NCBI GenBank assembly: GCA_052327205.1
Contig: CM126209.1
Span: 33,790,001 to 33,854,000 of the forward strand
Reading direction: 5' to 3'
Origin: Somniosus microcephalus
Taxonomy: Eukaryota
Length of the DNA: 64,000 bases
A program made the translations under genes and the position numbers. Under the pieces are notes generated by a model, which was not told the DNA's origin, did not search any database, and saw only the letters and a program-made list of their open reading frames with translations. Below are positions 57,801-64,000 of the stretch, in pieces. Position 1 is the stretch's first letter. Every line of letters begins with the position of its first letter.

Positions 57801-60800
57801 GAGGCAACAAATGGAGGCTTAGCATATGGTCAAAATGCAAATAAGGGTCACATGCACGCTTAGCAGCTGAATAGAGTGGTGCGGACATAGGCCGTGGACC
57901 TTTTTCCCTACTGGCCCTCTCTATTAAACAATGATGTTCACAACATAGGGAGCATCTAATTTGTGAAAGGAATGGAAAAATAATATATAATTTAGTTTTT
58001 GCCCCCAAAGAAATTTAAATAATAGAGTACTTGTCAGTGAGCGAGTTGGTGTTGTATTCTATGCACATTTTACAGAAGACTGCTGGCTTTGTTACAACAA
58101 AATACAGATGTGTGCTTTGACCTTTAGTTGATGAGCTGGCCAACTGACACACAGATTGGATGAATAATGTGACTGGAATAAGCTGATGTTTGTGTATCGT
58201 GATGGCAATACACATTTAGGAACGTGCTGTTTATTTAATTCTGCTTGGTTTCTTTTTTGTCACCTCCACTTGCTGCCTTCTCAGATGGCGCCAGGTGTAT
58301 GGGAGCACACTGCCTAGGGTCAGAACCGGAAAGCTACCAATCTGTGGCACAGCATGCAGTAATACACAACACATAAAGGATGGCCAAATGGATAGTTCTG
58401 ACCCTAATTTAGTTTCTATCCTAATCTAATTCACTACAATACAAGTTAATTGCCAATTCAATCATTGAAAGAATGTGTTGGTACAGCCTTAGTCAAGGCC
58501 ATGTACTAGTTTCTAACAGTTCATTTACATTATGGAACTGTTTCCAATAGAAGTGGTTTCACACTGTGATTAGGTTGCAGACAGCTCTGAATTCATGTGA
58601 CAACTTAATTTCAGAGCAACGGTAAACCAACTGCACACATTCAAAACTGCATTCGTGCAGTTCAAAAGTTGCAATTGCAGAATTATGCTTCTGGCCGCAC
58701 ATCCACCATAATATTGAGGGATGGTTGAACGGGCCATCAATGTGAAAACTACTTTGCCTCAGGATGCTGGAAGTGATACCACCTTTAAGGCGGAGTTCTA
58801 TGTCTCAGGAAGCACAGGTACTCCCTTCATATATACTACTGTACTGAAGTGCCTGTGACTGAATTCTTGCCATTGAAGGCACTTCCATAGCATTAAAAGG
58901 GTATTAGTTAGTTATACTACGCAAGCACCCTAAGTAATGTTAAGTTATTAAGAACAGATTCACACTAGTATGATGAGGTGGTCAGGTCATTGTGAAAACT
59001 GACACTCCAAAGCTAGAAGTAAATTTACAGCTACTCTGCACTGAATTCACCAACTCCAGGGTTAAAACAAGGGTGCACCTTCCCAGGAACAGAAGCATTC
59101 ACCTCTGTGTCCCAAAACTGTGTCACCATGAAACACAAGTACAGGAAATGAACAGGAGGTCAATCAGCAGCTGAACTAGACTCATAGCGCATTCCATTTT
59201 TATTTCCACATTTATTTGGAGTTTTCTTTTTACTGCCACTACGGAATAGTCTGATTTGACGCTGGCAAGCGTGAACTTTTGTACAACTCACAACATTGCA
59301 ATCACCAAAGATTCCCATTTTCCCTCTTTTCAGTTTAACTCCTGTCCCCTGCACTATAACTTACTCAAAACCTGAATATCCCAGAAACTATAGCGAAGGA
59401 AGGGCGCACAGCATCATGTAGTTAACTGCCCAATTCTCCTAAATTAAGTGTATTGAATTCGCACATTTAAAATACCAATCATTCAATTTTTGAGAGAGAA
59501 TTAAAATGGCCAGGAGTGTTAAAAGGCAGTAACGCACTCATTAAGGATTTGGAAAATTTTGTGATTAACATATTCCTAATCATGTATTTTTCATAATGTA
59601 TAGAATGCAGTGCTGTTCACCCTTTCAAAAATCCCACTTTAGAGATTTACCAGTCTCCCAATGTTATGGTTCCTGAATTTTTCTGCGTTGCTCTGCACTA
59701 CGTGGCTGGGTGAGGGGTGTTTGACAATTCCAGAACACTAGGCCAGAGTGCAACGTGATCAGCTGATAGGAAGGGGGAGTGGGGGGGGGGGGGGGTTTAG
59801 TGAGAATCAGCTCCAGTTTTTTAATTAACAGGCAACACTGAACACATCAGTCAATAAAACCAATTAATTTCATCTGTTGTCAGCTGGCTTTCTAAGAAAC
59901 AACTTCCACTAAAGGAACAGGAAGTGATACTCTTTTGAAAGTGGATGTTAGTACAGAAAGCTATGGACTAATCTGGAGTCTCTTTCTCCACCTACACACT
60001 GCTATGCCAGTAGTTGTTGGGAGGCAACAAAAAAAAATCAAAGAAAGTTGTACTTTAAGCATTGTTTTAATTCTTACAGTATTTATTTTCTACTTTTATT
60101 GTGTTAGAGAATCAATAATTTATCTTTCCTAGAGTTAGTGCCTCAAGTGTAAAGATTTAATTCCAGCAGGAATCACGCTCAAGCTATGAGACTCAAGTTT
60201 AAACCCTATCCATGGCAGCATTTCAGACTCCTGCATCCCCTAAAGGACAACTTGTGGCCACACTGCCCAGATTGCACGAAGGAGTGGGAAGAAACAAGAA
60301 GTTGTGGGGCTAAATGATTAACTCCTGCGGTACTTAAATTGAATCTAGCAACGTGTCAGCCAAAGAGCTACCTGGATACAAAAGAAAAAAGTTTCCACTA
60401 GGAAATCCAAGGGTCCATTGAGTAAAACGAATCAGAGTGAATCCTAGTTTTTCTTCAAATGTCCAAAGGCCAGGGGGGGCCTTTTTTGACCAGTAGGCCC
60501 AATGATGTATTGGTCTATGGCACTCTGATAACTGCTGTAACTTAGCATTACCACTGAGTTGTCTCCTACTTTTGAATATGGGACACTATTACATGGATGC
60601 ACAATTTTAAGTGCTTTATGTTTCTACCTACTGACTCACTAGAAAGAGCTGCAGGCCTCCAAGTGGAAGAGCAGACAGCCTATTACTACTTTTTGAGCAA
60701 TTCCATGTTAAAAGTGGCCTTTAACCTGTGATGTAACAACGAAGATTATTGCTCTCTGAACTGACTTAGTGTGGCTCAAGTAGCGATAAGTGACTCTAGC

Positions 60801-61310
60801 CACAGGGTATAATAAATGTTAACTGCACTTTTCTGTCTGCAAGTGCTAAAATGTTGTCCCTCGGGCTCCAACATTGATATAAAGTGTGCAATAATTGCAG
60901 CATGCTCTTGACACTTCCATATTCCCTTGGGAGCAATATTTTACCACTACAGCTTTGAAAAGCAGTCAATATTTGTGTACGATATAAATTATCTCCTTAC
61001 ACAATAATACTGCAGCTAGAACTCCATTCCAAATTTATGATGCATTATTTGCAGGTTCATTCATAAATTGCAGTATTTAGTTATGGAATGGCATTTAGTT
61101 TATTTGCTTGGTTTATTATGAAGACAATACAAATGGCACATGCCAATTTCTCCATTGCGATAAAGGGCACAACATTCAGAAACGGCAATGTGTCTTCATT
61201 GAACAAAGACAATGGCAAAACGATTAAAACAAAAGAGCTGTGGAGAAATTGCTTGAAGATTATCTGCTTAAAATAAGAAAGTTGATTGCCAACAAGGCAA
61301 GTGTACCCAC

Positions 61311-61397
61311 CTTGACATGGAAGCATTGACGGTGAGTGCAGTGGGGTAAGGATGTCGAAATCCCCCTGTTGTGATTGGGTAAACAGGTTGACCTTGC
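61311..61397 (-). CDS. TCF7L2: TCF7L2 exon (87 bp)
   Basis: QGQPVYPITTGGFRHPYPTALTVNASMS, AG/GT. Confidence 0.97.
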
Positions 61398-62010
61398 CTG
61401 AAAAGAAGAAAAGAAAGAAGAAAAAAATAACTGGAAACGTCTCCTGCTGTTGCAAGCTCACTCTCATTTGACCAGAACAAAAAATGTTGTTGATTGCACA
61501 GCCAGGATCAAAGGATGTAAATAAAGAACAATTTTAATGTGCTAAATCTGATAGAACCAGCTAATTAAATTTTATAACCTCTGCTAATGTCAACAGAGAC
61601 CTTCTCCCCAAGCTAAAACTAGGTGTTTTGTTGTGATAATTAAAGGCGAAGCGGCGCTTGCTTTAATGGAGCCATCACAATAATTGAGGGCTACAGATCC
61701 AAAGGAAAACAATAATGAATGTAAATTTATACCAAAATAAAATACATCAAATCAAAGAGCCGCTGTTCTGCTTTGGGCCTCTTTTGGTATTTAGAACTCA
61801 GTAAGAAAACATTAAATTAACAGTCCTTAATTTGTAGCCTTTTGTCATAGTAACCAGTGTTGACAGGTGTTGCCAAGGGAGAAGCCCCATATGAATATGT
61901 GGGTACCCAGTAGCCAATCACAGCTCATTACAATAATTGGACAATACAGTAACATGCAAAATTCTACAAGAATTAAAAGAATAAAAAGAAAAAGAAATGG
62001 AACTGCTTAC

Positions 62011-62113
62011 TGTGGTACTAACCATCCTAGTGGATGGGGGATTTGGCCGACGGTACCTGGCGAGAGTGGGTAATAGGGAGAAATATCTGAAGGATGTGGA
62101 GGCCTAGGAATTC
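62011..62113 (-). CDS. TCF7L2: TCF7L2 exon (103 bp) with alternative LVPQ donor. Upstream exons lie outside the window.
   Basis: [35 protein letters not shown]. Internal GTTAGT donor removes 62011-62022. Confidence 0.97.
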
Positions 62114-63934
62114 CTAGAGAAAACAAAAACAGACCCAATATTAACTTTCAAAAGCACAAGTGATACAAATATGTTCATAACATGGTTAAATTTGAATGTG
62201 CAATTGTTCCATTTACCTTCCTGTTTCCAATTATGCCAACACTTGAACTGAAACTGCATGCCAAGCCGTCAATGGCCCATGTCCTACGCACCATTTATCT
62301 CCATTATTTGCTACAGCTCAGCATATTTTTAATAATCGTTGCAACTGTTGTTTATAAAGTTATCTTCAGCTCGAGGGCCACCAATATCTGCGCACAGGTG
62401 ACTTGAACATTCAGTTATATCACTACAACTGGAATTAGTTACAGCATCATTTCTGTACAAACAAGCTTGATATTTAACTTTAGTTTTAGAGAATCAGTAA
62501 GCCTTTGAGTATTCTGGGAGCATTTTCGCACCAGTGAGATCCAAGAATTTTCATAAAACACTATATTTTGGTTTTATTTGATCCTTTCCATAGCATTCAG
62601 CTTTTGAAATCAAGAATACAGGTTCTTTTAGCTCATCCGTGAATCATTTTTATGTCGATAATAGATTAAATATCTTGCATGTGACTTCACATACTTCCTG
62701 TAACACGTCTGAGTTATGCTTATAGTCTAAGTTATTATAGCCTGATAAGAGTCATTCTTATACCTGATTCACTTCCAGCCCTGGTCCTTCCAACCTCAAC
62801 TTTCCATTAGCTCCAGCACACCACACAAGAGCTGGTAAGCTGAAAACAGCCTGACCATCTTCATTAATTTGATCGATAAACTTCATTTATTTAAAATAAA
62901 CCTCACTTTCAAAACATTGAGTGGTCACAACTACTTTCAAATCACTAAGTCTGGCCGACACCTGCTTTTTCTACCCTGTACGGCCACGTAAATCTTTTCC
63001 TTCATACCCTAGCTACCCCTCCACCCCATTCCTCACTAATTCCACAGCCCTCAAAACCTCTCTCCTTGCTAGTGCTAGGCCCTACGCCCCCCTCCACTCA
63101 TATCACAAACTACACCCCCTCCCTACTACCGACACACCCCATTCCCCTTCCCTAGTGATCCTGGGCCCTTTCCGTGAAAAAGTATTTTTCATTAGACCAT
63201 ATTAACACCCTTAAATTAAAAACAACAATTCCTCTGACAATCGCAAGCACCACCTATCATAAACAATGCCATGGGAAATCCACTAGTGTGTGATAAATGT
63301 ATAAAAATAATAAAAATATCCCAGTGCACACCAGTCACACACTGTAACATGCAAAAGAATCATAAAATTGCTGACGTCATCTGGCTTGGAGTCAGAAATT
63401 TACAAGGAACTACCATTGTCTGCCAACTGACCTCGCAACTTCAGAAGCAATTACATTAGCCAGGATTTGCCCTTTAGATAATTTCCCCATGGAAAGTATC
63501 TGGGCAGTCGTAAAGAGTCGCCAGATTAAACACAGCTCCATCATAACAGTTAGATGTCACAACCGAGTCCCTGACTATCTTGAGCGCAATACCATGGGAG
63601 GTCTGCTAATATCTAAATTGTGCTTTACTTCTAACATTTTGCACAGCACCGCTGAAAGCTATTCTACACACCTCACACCGGAAGACAGAAAGTAAGATGG
63701 TCATCCACAAAAGCAAAGAATCTGTTTCCCAGAAGTTCAGGCAAGGAGATTACAACTACAGATTTACAGAGCAAATTGTGGTACAATACCAAATGGTGTA
63801 CTGTAAAGTATCCTCGATCAAATCTTTACACCGAGTCACTTTGATCAAGTTTCTAAACATTTCTCTCAAAGCCCTTGAATCTCGTTACGTTTTCAGGGCC
63901 TCAAATGTTGCCCTGCAATTTTACTCCAGGCCTG

Positions 63935-64000
63935 CTATTTATTTCACTTATTGGGCATTGTACACTATTTATTTCACTTATTGGGCATTGTACACTATTT
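63935..64000. repeat. Perfect 30-bp tandem repeat running off the window
   Basis: TATTTATTTCACTTATTGGGCATTGTACAC repeated at least twice. Confidence 0.9.

Overview
Vertebrate genomic DNA, most likely a cartilaginous fish (HE1 and SacSINE1-type SINEs, CR1, L2, Penelope and Harbinger repeats). The right third (about 43.1-62.1 kb, minus strand) is the 3' half of TCF7L2. It includes the LVPQ and SxxSS alternative splice sites, both HMG-box exons, both C-clamp exons (CRARF and CRALF), the 25-nt stop-containing exon and the dual-frame last exon. The left two thirds is repeat-rich intergenic DNA with two related, young Mag-type Ty3/Gypsy LTR elements. Element 1 (14695-19661) is a conventional gag-pol element with several lesions. 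Element 2 (22176-26716) is the main finding. It has LTRs, PBS, PPT and a 5-bp TSD, and one open frame of about 870 aa. In that frame Gag and protease are fused, in place of RT/RNaseH/integrase, to intronless fragments resembling three unrelated host genes: the STK10/SLK coiled coil, optineurin with its LC3-interacting motif (DSFVEIRM), and the DNAJC21 C2H2 finger with a basic tail. Host-gene assignments come from my recall of the human proteins and need BLAST confirmation.
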